This document shows, in pieces, positions 13,598-25,499 of a stretch of DNA of 64,000 nucleotides. This DNA comes from Octopus sinensis. Lineage: Eukaryota. The notes beneath the pieces were generated by a model. It ran no database searches. It was given only the letters and a program-made list of their open reading frames with translations, and was not told the DNA's origin. The translations under genes and the position numbers were made by a program. Within the stretch, counting starts at the first letter, position 1, and each line of letters opens with the position of its first letter. Location of the stretch: contig NC_043011.1 of assembly GCF_006345805.1 (NCBI RefSeq), positions 31,260,464 to 31,324,463 of the forward strand, in the 5' to 3' direction.

Positions 13598-14430
13598 TAA
13601 GAAGAAGAAGAAGAAGAATCTTTTCTACTATAGGCACAAAGTCTGAAATTTGGGGGAGGAGGATGATCGATTACATCGATCTCAGTCCTCAAATGGTACT
13701 TATTTTATCGACCCCGAAAGGATGAATGGTAAAGTCGACCTCAGCGGAATTCAGAACGTAGCGACGGGCGAAATACTGCTAAGCATTTCGTCTAGCGTGC
13801 TAACGATTCTGCCAGCTCGCTGCCTTAATAATAATAACGACGACAACAACAATAACAACAACAATAATAATAATCCTTTCTACTATAGGCACAAGGCCTG
13901 AAATCGTGGGGAAGGGGACTAATCAATTACACATCGACACCAGTGTTTCACTGGTACATATTTTATCGACCTCAAAAGGATGAAAGACAAAGTCGATCTC
14001 GGCGGAATTTGAACTCAGAACGTAGTGACAGGCGAAATACCTATTTCTTTACTACCCACAAGGGGCTAAACACAGAGAAGACAAACAAAGACAGACAAAC
14101 GGATTAAGTCGATTATATCGACCCCAGTGCGTAACTGGTACTTATTTAATCGATCCCGAAAGGATGAAAGGCAAAGTCGGCCTCGGTGGAATTCGAACTC
14201 AGAACATAGCGGCAGACGAAATACCTATTTCTTTACTTCCGACAAGGGGCTAAACACAGAAGGGACAAACAAGGACAGACAAACGGATTAAGTCGATTAC
14301 ATCGATACCAGTGTGTAACTGGTACATATTTAATCGACCCCGAAAGGATGAAAGGCAAAGTCGACCTCGGCGGAATTTGAACTCAGAACGAAACGGCAGA
14401 CGAAATACCGCTGAGCCTTTCGCCCAGCGT
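13160..14430 (-). mobile_element. Cluster of family A SINEs including a head-to-tail trimer
   Basis: Reverse-complement copies separated by (TAA)n. Further family A copies at 3860-4255(-), 8710-9200, 18150-18320(-), 24790-24990, 29730-29860 and 31125-31720. Confidence 0.85.
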
Positions 14431-15310
14431 AATGGACGAAAAAGTTTCGCCCATTTTTTATTTTTTTATTTAACCTTAAACCATACCCCTAAAATATAAC
14501 CCTAAAACCTTAAACCATACATCTTGACAAGTTACAGCTTGATACATCTTCCGAAACAGAGGAGGGTTGTGTAGGTATTTTTGTGCGATAGACATCCCCG
14601 ATGTTTAAAACACTTCTGAAAGAATGTTTGTAAAAGGTCAAAATTAAAAAGTCACGGCCAGCTGCGTAAGAGACGGAAGAGTACGATGAAGTCAGGGAGG
14701 GGGGAGAGGAGGGGAGAAGGGGCTTAAAAAAGTAGAAATTTTGTAATCAATCATTAAAACTATGATTGATTTTTATCATAGTTTTACAGTACGGACAGTC
14801 CAAATCTACCATTTGTTTCTGTTTATAATTTCAAGATAATTTTTGAAATCATTCGAAATTCACTAACAAGGCTTTGGTCAACCGACGGCTAAAGCCACAA
14901 GCGAAGCTAGAGTGTGTGCTGCCCGGGGCGGCCCTTCTGTTTGTCGCCCACGGACCCCACAAAAGACACATATTGCCTACAGCAATAACCTACAACAGGA
15001 TGAAAAGTGCCGCCTCTTTAAAAGTGCCGCCCCTTTAAAAGTGCCGCCCAAAGCGGACCCCTTTACCGCACCCCTTTGTTACGCTAGGAGATACTTGTCG
15101 AAGGTGCCACGCAGTGGGAGTGGACTCGAAACCAGATGATTGCAAAGCGTAAAAAAATGTTGCCTTTTCCACACCGAACCCCAGAAATCTGTTTCGAATT
15201 TAAGTGAAACCATCACTATTGCCGAAAGGTAAAGGGTTTTATATCTGTAACATAGGAAAAAACAAACAAACATTTGGCTTCTCAGAATATAGGGCCTGTG
15301 TGTCCACCTG

Positions 15311-15312
<2 letters not shown>

Positions 15313-15370
<58 letters not shown>
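15313..15370. repeat. (GA)n microsatellite upstream of CPEB1
   Basis: Directly visible. Confidence 0.95.
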
Positions 15371-15373
<3 letters not shown>

Positions 15374-15892
15374 CAGTATCTCGGGCAGTAATTCGATTCG
15401 AAACTATAACAGTATTATTGCAACAGCCATTGCTAAAACGGTTTCAGATGTTCAGGGCTGCTGTGCTACAAATAACAGCCTATCACTAAGCAAGCTGCGA
15501 AGTATATGAAACAGTTTTGCAAAGCATGTAGTTTATGCAAATTAGCTCGAATCTCACTGTCTTATAATAATAAATAAATTTGTAATGAGTAACAAAAAAA
15601 AAAAAAAATTCAAGAGTGGTGGACAACAGTGAAAACAACAGGACTGGTTTTATTTGCGGGCAGAATTTACTGTAAATATTTCTCTTGCTTAGATAATGAA
15701 TTTTGGCATTTTAAAATACATAAAAAGAGTAGCTTATACTTTTACAACAATGGAGTAATCTCGTTTATGTCGACATCTTTGAAATCACTTATTAAAATTT
15801 GTTTTTCTTTTCTTTGGGACTAGCTTTCTTTTTTTATCTCTGTTTAATTGCAGACAACTCCAAGTGTTAACATAAAATAAACAAACCAAAAC

Positions 15893-16019
15893 ATGGACCC
15901 AGACAATTTCAATAACGGCTGTAATTACGAAATAATGAAGAGAATCAACTCTTTATTGGACAATACTTTAGATTTAACGACCCTAACTTCTGGTACGATG
16001 CCAACAGAACAATTTCGAG
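15893..16019 (+). CDS. CPEB1: CPEB1 coding exon 1
   Basis: ATG at 15893 with an in-frame TAA upstream (15878-80). Encodes [28 protein letters not shown]...; donor GT at 16020, phase 1. Confidence 0.88.
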
Positions 16020-19000
16020 GTATTATTTCAAGTTGTTGTTGCGAAAAAAAAAAAAAAATTTTTTTTCAAATCGCGTAAAACTCAACAGACGTGGTCTTTA
16101 TATTTTCAGATTCTGCCGACCCTTACTCTTTCTCATCAAGAGTCTCTCCTTCAAGTCCTTCAAACACGTATTATCCGTTTAGTACTTCGCAGTCAGGCAG
16201 CAGCACTTCGTGTAAATTTTTTTCTTGTCGATTTTATTAACTTTTATTCATATTGTTTTTTTAATGAAACTGAAAACTAACACAACCTTTTGAAATTTCT
16301 TACAGATTTTACACCAGAACGATACCAAAGCATGCGTGCAGATTCGCCACACAATTCTTCCAGGTTACTCTTATATTTTAACTTCCAAAGTTATCGTACA
16401 ACCCATCAATAGGCTTAATACTCTCTATATTTTTGTGTTTTTTTTAAATTTTATTTCAGCGACTATAACTCGCTTTCGTCTTTAAGCCCTTTCTCTGAAT
16501 GCCGGTCTCCAGTGGAGGGGATTTTCTATAACCAAAGCCCCAAATCTCTTTTACAACCGATACGTTCTGACTACGAGAAGTCGCTCTACCCTGATAGCAT
16601 TGACACTTCCACACTGGTTGAATTAATGGTAAATACCAATATATTTAGATTTTATCGTATTTTTCAAGCAGATAGAATGGATCACTATTGCTAGACGAAT
16701 GACATTTTGGCTAAAATTTTTCAGAACTCTCTTAATATTGGCTCTAATAACCAATATGAAGCCGACACCTTGCCATTCCCTCATCCTAGCCAGGTAGCAG
16801 TATCTTCGGCTGTTGCAAATACGACAGCCCTCTTACCTTCGACATCTATGGACATTTTGACCGACAGAAGATGGGCTGTGAATCCTTTGTATTACAGACC
16901 AGACCCACTCGCCGTTGATCGGGCGGCCAAACTACATAAAAATGCTGCAGGTTAGTCACTCAGTATCATTGAAGCAAAATATCCCTGAAAAATTATTGTA
17001 AAATCCCCCCCCCCAAAAAAATCCTTCTGAATCGAGATGAATTTTCTTTTTTTACATAGCAGTCTGTGAAGCCAGCTGCACTTGGAGAGGTCAACTACCA
17101 CCTAGAAATAATAAAAGTCCTTCCTATTCCTGTAAAGTATTTTTGGGTGGTGTACCATGGGATATTACTGAAGGTAATCCGTTTAAATTTTATTGCCGTA
17201 TTTTTTTTTTTTTTTTAGTTTAAAAACAAAGTAAATTTTATGTAAACGGTCCTGAATTTTCTCATTCTAGCCGGCCTCCAAGCTACATTTAACAAGTTTG
17301 GTGGAATGAAAATTGAATGGCCCGGCAAAGACGGTGAGTTAACTAAACTTTAGCTCCATTGTTTTGCAATTAGCGAAAACTAGTTTCTGCGACTGTATTT
17401 TATTGCTTCAGATTACCTATAAGATGACGCCATTTGTATTTTAGGCTACGTCTACTTGTTATACGAAACCGAGAAATCGATTCGCAGTTTACTGCAAGCA
17501 TGCACCCAAGATTACTCCAACGGCAACGAGTATTATTATAAGATTTCTAGTAGAAGAATTCGATCAAAAGAGGTAACTTATTTGCGAACTTTTCAAAATT
17601 TGATAAGTGACATAATTTAAACTTTCTGTAAGTGTAACTTTTCAGGTCTTTTGACGAAACTTTCATTTAATAGCAAAATAATTTATACTCTTAACGAGGT
17701 TTTTGTTCTTTGTTTGCCTAAGCAGACCATCACTTGTGGCAAAGGATCTTTTTTTTTTACTTTAAAAATGTTTAGAAACTAAACGAACATTAATCCAAAA
17801 TACAGAGTAGAGACGATAGTTATGCATCTACTTAAGCATTCTTTTCTCAACTAGTCGGTATGATACTTTGGCCGGAACTACTTAGAGGTCTCGATGCATC
17901 GACGTAACGATGTTACAGTGCACACTTGTTTTAGGGTTACGTAGATGTGTTGAGATCTGTATTTAAGTAATACCCTTTGGCCTGTTCGAAATCCTCAGTA
18001 ATTCCGCCAGCTGTACACCTAATTTTAACCAATTTTGTTTGTGTGCAAACACATTCTCCCTTGACGTAAAAACAATTTACTTTCGAGAGTAAATTGTTTT
18101 CGGAAAGGTGGATCTCGCAGCGCGCATAATATAAAGAGCATATAAATATTGGTTTCAAATTTTGGTACCAGGATTGGGAAGAAGTCGATTGCATCGACTT
18201 CAAAGCTCAATTAGTAATTATTTCATCAATTCCGAAAGGATGAAAGGCAATGTCGACCCCCGACTGCATTTGAACTGACGAAATACCGCTGACAATTCTG
18301 TCAGCTCGCCGCCTTAAATATGTAAATACTGGGTTGAAAAAAACATTTGAAAAGTAGGCTTATCATGGAACTCGAACCTACATCTCGTGTCGACATCTTA
18401 TTGGATAGATGTAGCTTCCTGTGCCACGAAGCCTTCCACTCCCTTTTCTAGCCAAAAGGGATTTTCAACTATATATTTACATGATATTTATAGCTTTGTG
18501 TGCTTAGATCCACCGTCCCACCCAAAATTATCAATTTTTATTATAGGTTCAAGTGATACCGTGGGTGCTGAGCGATAGTAATTTTGTAAAGCAACCATCA
18601 CAAAGACTGGACTCTACCAAGACAGTGTTCGTTGGGGCGCTACATGGGATGTTGACAGCCGAAGCTCTTTCGAATATCATGAGCGATTTGTTTGAAAATG
18701 TGGTATATGCTGGTATTGACACGGATAAGCACAAATACCCCATAGGTAAGCTTATGCTCAAATATTTTCATAGGAACCATCGCGGTCCTATGTAACAAAA
18801 GGTATCTGCGACAAATACCAATTTGTCTCAACAAATTTTAAAAATCAAAATGTTAATTTTCTGTAGTGACTTAACATTCCCCAATTTTAAATCGTGATTG
18901 AACTAGTGGCAGATTGGTTGTTACTCCTTTGATTATTGATGCAGAAGTTTGCAACACATCTTTAATTTTATAAATATACGTCCCTCATTACCATACAGTT

Positions 19001-20405
19001 TAGTTATTGCTTTAATATTAGTGGTTTTCGGACGATATTATGCTGTTATTAGCTCAACATGCACATGATCAGAGGTAACGAGAAACCTAGGCCAAGGATA
19101 GAAAGCCGTTTTTTTTTTGTATCGGGGGTGATTGCCAGTGCGTAAGAAAATGCCGTGGGCAGAATGTACGCTGAGAAAAACGAATCTTTAATGATTAACC
19201 GCATAAAACCTTAAACATTTCCTCAGTTGTAAGACTTCATCAGAAAGTAGCTTCAAATTTTAATGCAGGTGGAAGTGTATTCGCGTGGTAAGGGCTCTTC
19301 AGCGCTATATTAACTTGATCTGCTGGAAATAGGAGCCAAATCTCAAGATTTTTTTCTTACAAACGTCTGTTGCTCCAAGACTTATGTCTTGAAGCAACAG
19401 ACACGTCACTCTCATCTGGAACGTTTTGATCGGTCCTACTTGACCGGAGCTAAACTTAACGGCTACATTAGACTTGTCTATTGCTCGAGTGTGAGGAAAC
19501 TAGTAATAATCTGCATCGACCAAGTTAATGTCTCTTTTTGTTTCACTCAGATGGCGATCATGCTGGGGCACCGCCTCGAAGAAATTTAATCAAACGAATA
19601 TACCCCAATACTTATTCTGTTCTTCTGCAGAACCGTTAAGTTAGAGGCGTAAACACACCGGTTGTCAAGCAGTGGTCGCACTCACCTACATAATACGAGC
19701 TTCTTTCAGTTTCCGTCTACTAAATCCCCTCATGAGGGTTTGGTCGGCCAGAGGCTATAGTAAACACTTGCCCAAGGTGCCATGCAGTGGGACTGAGCTC
19801 GGAACCATGTGGTTGGGAAGCAAATTTCTTTCCACGCAGCCTAAAATATTGTGAATTGGATTTGCTTGAACCAAGTGTAATGGACTAGGACAATAAGCAA
19901 TCATTAAAAATATATCAACTTGTATGAATTTGTTTCTAATTCAATACGAATGCATATGTACGAATACATACGTTTGAATACAATAGATTTTGAAGTAATT
20001 CTTAATTTGATAATTTTTTTTTCTCAAGGATCAGGACGCGTGACATTTAGTACCCGCAGAAGTTTCATGAAAGCTGTCCAAGCAGCATTTGTGGAAATTA
20101 AAACTCCTAAATTTGTCAAAAAGGTAAATTTTTTTTTTTTTTAACTTAAAAAAAAATCTTTGATTATCGAAAATGATTTTCTCTAAATAATTGAAATCAT
20201 TTATATATTATAGGTTCAAATAGATCCATATCTCGAAGACTCTCCTTGTACTATCTGTATGAATCAAACGGGGCCGTTTTTCTGTCGTGATCTGCAGTGC
20301 TTTCGTTACTTCTGTCGTAAATGTTGGTATTTACAGCACAATTCAGAATACTTACTTCACCATAAGCCACTCACAAGAAACAGCAAATCGGGGAATGGTA
20401 TCTGA
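15893..20405 (+). CDS. CPEB1: Cytoplasmic polyadenylation element-binding protein 1 (CPEB1/Orb type), 11 coding exons, ~490 aa
   Basis: Manually spliced with GT-AG introns: 15893-16019, 16110-16211, 16306-16363, 16460-16628, 16725-16950, 17060-17173, 17271-17333, 17445-17572, 18547-18745, 20029-20123, 20214-20405. These total 1473 nt with all phases compatible. The translation has CPEB1 hallmarks: N-terminal [36 protein letters not shown]1 [16 protein letters not shown]...WPGKDGYVYL, RRM2 VQVIPW...[11 protein letters not shown]...[18 protein letters not shown], and ZZ domain [15 protein letters not shown]...[17 protein letters not shown]...H..HHKP. Confidence 0.96.
16110..16211 (+). CDS. CPEB1: CPEB1 coding exon 2
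   Basis: ttttcag acceptor and gtaaat donor; Ser/Pro-rich [24 protein letters not shown]; phases 1-1. Confidence 0.8.
16306..16363 (+). CDS. CPEB1: CPEB1 coding exon 3
   Basis: ttacag acceptor; encodes [18 protein letters not shown]; donor at 16364; phases 1-2. Confidence 0.75.
16460..16628 (+). CDS. CPEB1: CPEB1 coding exon 4
   Basis: tttcag acceptor; encodes [23 protein letters not shown]...VELM; gtaaat donor; phases 2-0. Confidence 0.82.
16725..16950 (+). CDS. CPEB1: CPEB1 coding exon 5
   Basis: Encodes NSLNIG...[16 protein letters not shown]; gttagt donor. An in-frame alternative acceptor exists at 16695. Confidence 0.85.
17060..17173 (+). CDS. CPEB1: CPEB1 coding exon 6 (start of RRM1)
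   Basis: Encodes [38 protein letters not shown]; gtaatc donor. Confidence 0.95.
17271..17333 (+). CDS. CPEB1: CPEB1 coding exon 7
   Basis: Encodes [21 protein letters not shown]; gtgagt donor. Confidence 0.95.
17445..17572 (+). CDS. CPEB1: CPEB1 coding exon 8
   Basis: Encodes [43 protein letters not shown]; gtaact donor. Confidence 0.95.
18547..18745 (+). CDS. CPEB1: CPEB1 coding exon 9 (RRM2)
   Basis: Encodes [14 protein letters not shown]...[12 protein letters not shown]; gtaagc donor; overlaps ORF 18553-18795. Confidence 0.96.
20029..20123 (+). CDS. CPEB1: CPEB1 coding exon 10
   Basis: Encodes [32 protein letters not shown]; gtaaat donor. Confidence 0.96.
20214..20405 (+). CDS. CPEB1: CPEB1 coding exon 11 (ZZ zinc-binding domain, stop)
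   Basis: Encodes [63 protein letters not shown]; TGA at 20403-20405. Confidence 0.95.
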   Translation, partial: VQIDPYLEDSPCTICMNQTGPFFCRDLQCFRYFCRKCWYLQHNSEYLLHHKPLTRNSKSGNGI

Positions 20406-23229
20406 CCTTGGTAAGTTCCAACTGTCAGTGTGTGTGTGTGTGTGTGTTCGTTCTATTTTTGGAATTACGTAATGAAAACATCTTTTTTGTTTTGCAGTGA
20501 TTTCTGGAATTCCAAAGAACCACATTGAAGCAAAGTGACTTTTCGGAATTCCAAGTATAAACTGCATTAAAATGCAGCTTTTTAACTGGTCGTTGATTCA
20601 TAATTTTCTGTTGAGGAATTTTGAAGCAGTTAATAACTTCGGTTAATTTAAAAGCCCAATGGATTCTCGAGATTACGCTCAGTGAGGGTATTGTTTTGTT
20701 TGGAATATTGAGAAATGCTTTATCACAAACCTGAAAAAAACTTTGTCATTTCCAGTGTTTTATTTTTCACTTAGTTTTATTTTTGTGTTCGATCGTTTTA
20801 AAATTTCTAACTAACTCTCCCTGGTGTTCTTTAACTAGCTTTATTTTAGAAAAGAAAAAAAAAATTTTACTTGTTAGTTTTACCAGCATGTCTCATTCCA
20901 ATATAACTGCAGATATTTTTATGGCAGGTCACAGGTCGGTTATTCGAGGCTTGTCGACTGTCGTAAAAGAATTTTACTAGATACGAAAGAAAATTTTAAG
21001 CTGGTAATTTTTAACTCATTTTGGTTTGCTGTTAGTTCAGGTAAATGTCGCTTTACTGTAAGGATCTTTTTGTTACTAATATTTCCACTATTGTATTCAT
21101 TACAAACTTTCTGAATAAAGTCATGAAACTTAATTGGCGTTTGTCTTTTTTTTTTTTTTTGTAGCTGACATTTATGAAATTTGCTTTTTCTGTTCGGTTT
21201 ACGTACACTAAAATGCTCCACTAATAGTTTTATTTCGGAAATTTTAATCTTGCTTTGTATAACTTCGTTTCGGGGTTTTCAAATTTTTTTTTCTTTACAC
21301 GTCGACTGTTCAAACTTTCAGGACATCAAGTCTTTCGATTATATCAAATCATGGAACTTCAAAATTTTGAAATAACTGAATCTGTGCTAAGGATTTACTT
21401 AAATCAGTACTGGTATCGCTGATACAAATACTATAGTGTTTCAATGGTGCAGCTATGGTTAAGAAACTCGCTTTGCAATCGTATGGTTTTGGGCTTAGTC
21501 TCACAGCGCATCACCTAGGGAAAGTGTTAGTCGTAGGCCCGGGCCGAGCAAATTCCTTAGTTGATTTAGACGAAAACTTGAAGCCCGTCGTTTGACCGAC
21601 CCCACCACCATGACATCTTGTGTTGGTTTGTTTACGTCCCCGTAACTTGTCGGTTCGGCCAATGACTAATGCAATAAATCCCAGATAAAAAAAAACCAAA
21701 AAAAAACGGGTCGATTTGTTCCACTGAAACTCGAAGCTGCATCCTAGTCTGACCACACAGCCCAATAACTGAAGTAATAAAAAAAATTGTTTCTAATTTA
21801 GGTACAAGGCCATCAGTTTTAAGGGAGGGTAAGTAGATACCATCGACCCCCTCTCACACCTCCTGTACGTTTTTAATCGTGAAAGGCGAAGTTAACTAGC
21901 GTTTTAACTAGGAACGTAAAGATCTGTAAGAAACATAGCAAGGAAAATTTTTCCAACGCTCTAACGAGTCTATACCGAACGGTCTTCAAGCGGTCAATGA
22001 ATGTCAGCCAATTCTACACTAATTTTGATGTGCAAATCTTTCAAAAAAAAAAAAAAAGAAATTTCGTACTTTCAAAGTTTGCTATTTTTATAATAGTGAA
22101 TCTAGTCTTAGATTTTTGGAATATTAACACCGCCTAACCAAATGCAAAATATTTGAGGAAATCCTTTTTCACTTATCCTGTATCCTATATAATTTGCCAA
22201 GACAATTTCCTTGGAGTAGTGAACCCATTTCCATCGTTGGTAACTCCTCTAATTTTAGGAACTGTAGTGACACGTTTTCTAGCAGCACGTATAGAGATTG
22301 CTTATAGATCCAATTCCACCTAATAGAATTTAAAATTATTAATACAAATCACTTCATATGCTAAGTAAATGATCTGAAAGCATGGGTGGAATGTAAATTT
22401 CAGATAAGTCAAACTTGGTGAAATCTTTATAACGCGCATCCTGTACAGTATGTAAGAGCAGCATGCAGATCGAAGTTCTCGTGTCTGGTTTTAGGCTAAT
22501 TAAGTATTCAAGTTTTCCACGTGAAACGCAATCATTGATTCAAATATTTGAGCTGAAACGAGTAGTTTCGACTTGTAACTTTTCATACAGGCAGTTTGTT
22601 GGATATCTAATGCTCTCGCGTCACTTAACGTCTGATGATTAGATCACTGAACACAATTTTTCCTGTTAGACACTTAAACTTGCCTCGCAGTCTTACTTTC
22701 ACATCACTCTGCGCTCATTCCGCGTGCAATCTAGACACTGTATTGACCTCTATGAACAAATTTCGAGATCGTTTTCCAATGCAGACACAACCTAGTTTCT
22801 TAACGCACAATCACTGCGTACTATTAAAAACCTCTCTCACCCCTCTGGTCTTGTATACTACATTGAAACCACGTATTAACACAATCTAGGCCTCATTTTA
22901 TCACGTCGCAGAACTGCCTTTTTCATAACAAACTGTATATTAAAACTGTCTCTCAACTGAAGAAACCTATTTCAGCTGACTCTGACACTAGTCTGGGGAA
23001 AGCATACAGCAACTGTACACATAACCGTCCTAGAGCCTCACCCAATCAAATAGCAATGGTCTACAGACTAACTCGCTATATTTTTTTCATTCTACTCCTC
23101 GGTATTGACAAATTACGTACCACTTGCACCAAAACGTCGACTTGGGCTTTATTTTGGGAAGACGTGTTCAGTGTAATGAATAAGCCCTTTTTGTGATTTT
23201 TAAACTATTAATAAAATCTAACTGCTCTC

Positions 23230-23680
23230 TCTCGGACGACGAAGCTACGCATCGGTCATCTCCATTCTTCTCTATGGAGCAGAAACGTGACCTTTCTGGA
23301 AGACCCTGGCAAATACGACGGCTCTGATAGCAGAACATCTGATGGTTCCATCTCGTCTCTAAAGAACTGCGTACACGCACACATGAACTTGCAGTTAACA
23401 TAGCGATACGTCGCATGCGCTGGTACGGAAGTGTCCTGTCTCCCGCCAGATCATTCTACAGGGGCTTTACTCTCATTCGACGTAACAACTGCGGACTGGA
23501 AGAGGCCTCGTGGCAGGCCCCGCACAAATGACTGGACGTGATTGGGGTAGATCTCTGTAGTCTCAACGTCACCTTGGAGGATGCACAAGGGCTACCACGA
23601 GACCGCCAGCGATGGAGAGCACTGGTTGGCTCTACGTACGATGATGTCTCTGGGACCACTAACCTGGAATGACCTCCAGT
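23230..23680 (+). mobile_element. RTE-clade LINE 3' fragment, decayed
   Basis: The + strand gives RRMRWYG...LDVIGVDL...DRQRWRALV, typical of an RTE RT C-terminus, with stops and frameshifts. Confidence 0.6.
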
Positions 23681-24339
23681 TTCACCAAGCAAGTGCATGA
23701 AGCGGAGCAAAATCGTCTGCAATGTAGGTTGATGTAGGTTCTCTAGAAAATATCAGAAACGTGGAGTGGTTAAATTTGACGTATATATTTAGTTCAACAC
23801 TTTTTTTATTATTTTGTATCGTACTTAACGGTAGAATTAAAATATTAGAGGAAGATTTCATTAAAATTTAATTAACCAATTACGGCAAGTGCTGGCTAGC
23901 ACATTTTCTAGATTAATCTGAATATATCGGGTGAGGAGGGTGGAATGTAAGCGGTCTACTTTCTTGAGGTTTCATTCGCTGTAGAAAGGCCGGAGTAATT
24001 AAACTTGAAGGTGGGTCGCGAGCTGGCAGAATAATTAAGATCGTTTTTACTTTTCACGTGAAAAGGCAAGTGTGGCTGGAGAAGAGATGCCTGTCGGAGA
24101 GTGTGTTCAAAAAAAGATGGAGGCATGTTGCACGAGTGCTGTGCGTGCAAGGAACCATGTGAATAGGCTATAGAAGAAAAACAAGAGATGAAAGAAGCAC
24201 CAGCGATAGATCGGGGCTTATGGGGTCGGAGCGTGACCTGATCATCGCTACATTTGTGTCATATTTGTATTATGTATTTCATTCGATTCTTATATATTTT
24301 ATGCAATTCTTAGATTCATATTTATGTAATATCATAACG

Positions 24340-24725
24340 TGGAGGCGCAATGGCCCAGTGGTTAGGGCAGCGGACTCGCGGTCATAGGATCGCTGTTTCG
24401 ATTCCCAGACCGGGCGTTGTGAGTGTTTATTGAGCGAAAACACCTAAAGCTCCACGAGGATCCGGCAGAGGATGGTGGTGATCCCTGCTGTACTCTTTCA
24501 CCACAACTTTCTCTCACCCTTACTTCCTGTTTCTGTTGTACCTGTATTTCAAAGGGCCGGCCTTGTCACTCTCTGTGTCACGCTGAATATCCCCGAGAAC
24601 TACGTTAAGGGTACACGTGTCTGTGGAGTGCTCAGCCACTTACACGTTAATTTCACGAGCAGGCTGTTCCGTTGATTCGAATCAACCGGAACCCTCGTCG
24701 TCGTAACCGACGGAGTGCTTCCAAT
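24340..24725 (+). mobile_element. tRNA-derived SINE (family C head)
   Basis: Head ggaggcgcaatggcccagtggttagggcagcggactcgcgg...ggtttcgattccc. The same head occurs at 6745, 9343, 10337, 12507 and 59960-60260(-); a related head at 50500, 50845 and 63460. Confidence 0.85.
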
Positions 24726-25499
24726 ATCATAACGTATTACTGACCCCAATCAGTTGTTTTGTCCCATTCTTTGTGTAGACACCTGTGGGTAATAAAGAAA
24801 TTGGTATTTCGTCTGCCGTTACGTTCTGAGTTCAAATTTCGTCGAGTTGGACCTTGCTTTTCATCCTTTCGGGGGTCAATTAAATAAGTACCAGTTACGC
24901 ACTGAGGTCGTTGTAATTAACTTAATCCCTTTGTCTGTCCTTGTTTGTCCTCTCTATGGTTAGCCGCCTGTGGGCAATAAAGAAATAAATTAGACATGAG
25001 GATATTTCGATACCAGTTATCTGGGTAGTTCTGGAATTATATAATCTATATTGGTGGTCACTGAAGGTTGTTTGACGACAGAGAGTGATCTAGCTTGAGA
25101 CTTAGACGTAAATGAACAATTTGTGAACCGAACTTTTTTTTGAATTATTTGTATAATTGAAACGGTTGACACATTGTCTTGACATTTTGATAAAAAAAAA
25201 TATTTACAGTAAGCTAAGTAATGAATAGTACAAAGGAGAAGCCTCCACGTGATTACTCGAATTGCTAAAGATAGCAACCAAATTTCCTCATAACACGTTT
25301 TAAAACACCGGTCACTATATAGATTGAATACCTTATTAATGCGAAAAGACCGATTAATGATTGGGCTTTTCCTACAAAGTAAGTCTTTCTCTATCGTTAT
25401 AAGAATTTTTTTTTTACCAAATCGCTCCTTCACCATCTAGCACATTCTCCGTAAGTAACTCACACCTCAGACCGCACCTTATAAGGAATAAAGTGTCTT

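Noticed and set aside
19205-19250. Minus-strand CTGATGA...GAAA in the CPEB1 intron
   Set aside because: Helices I, II and III do not pair convincingly; consistent with chance.
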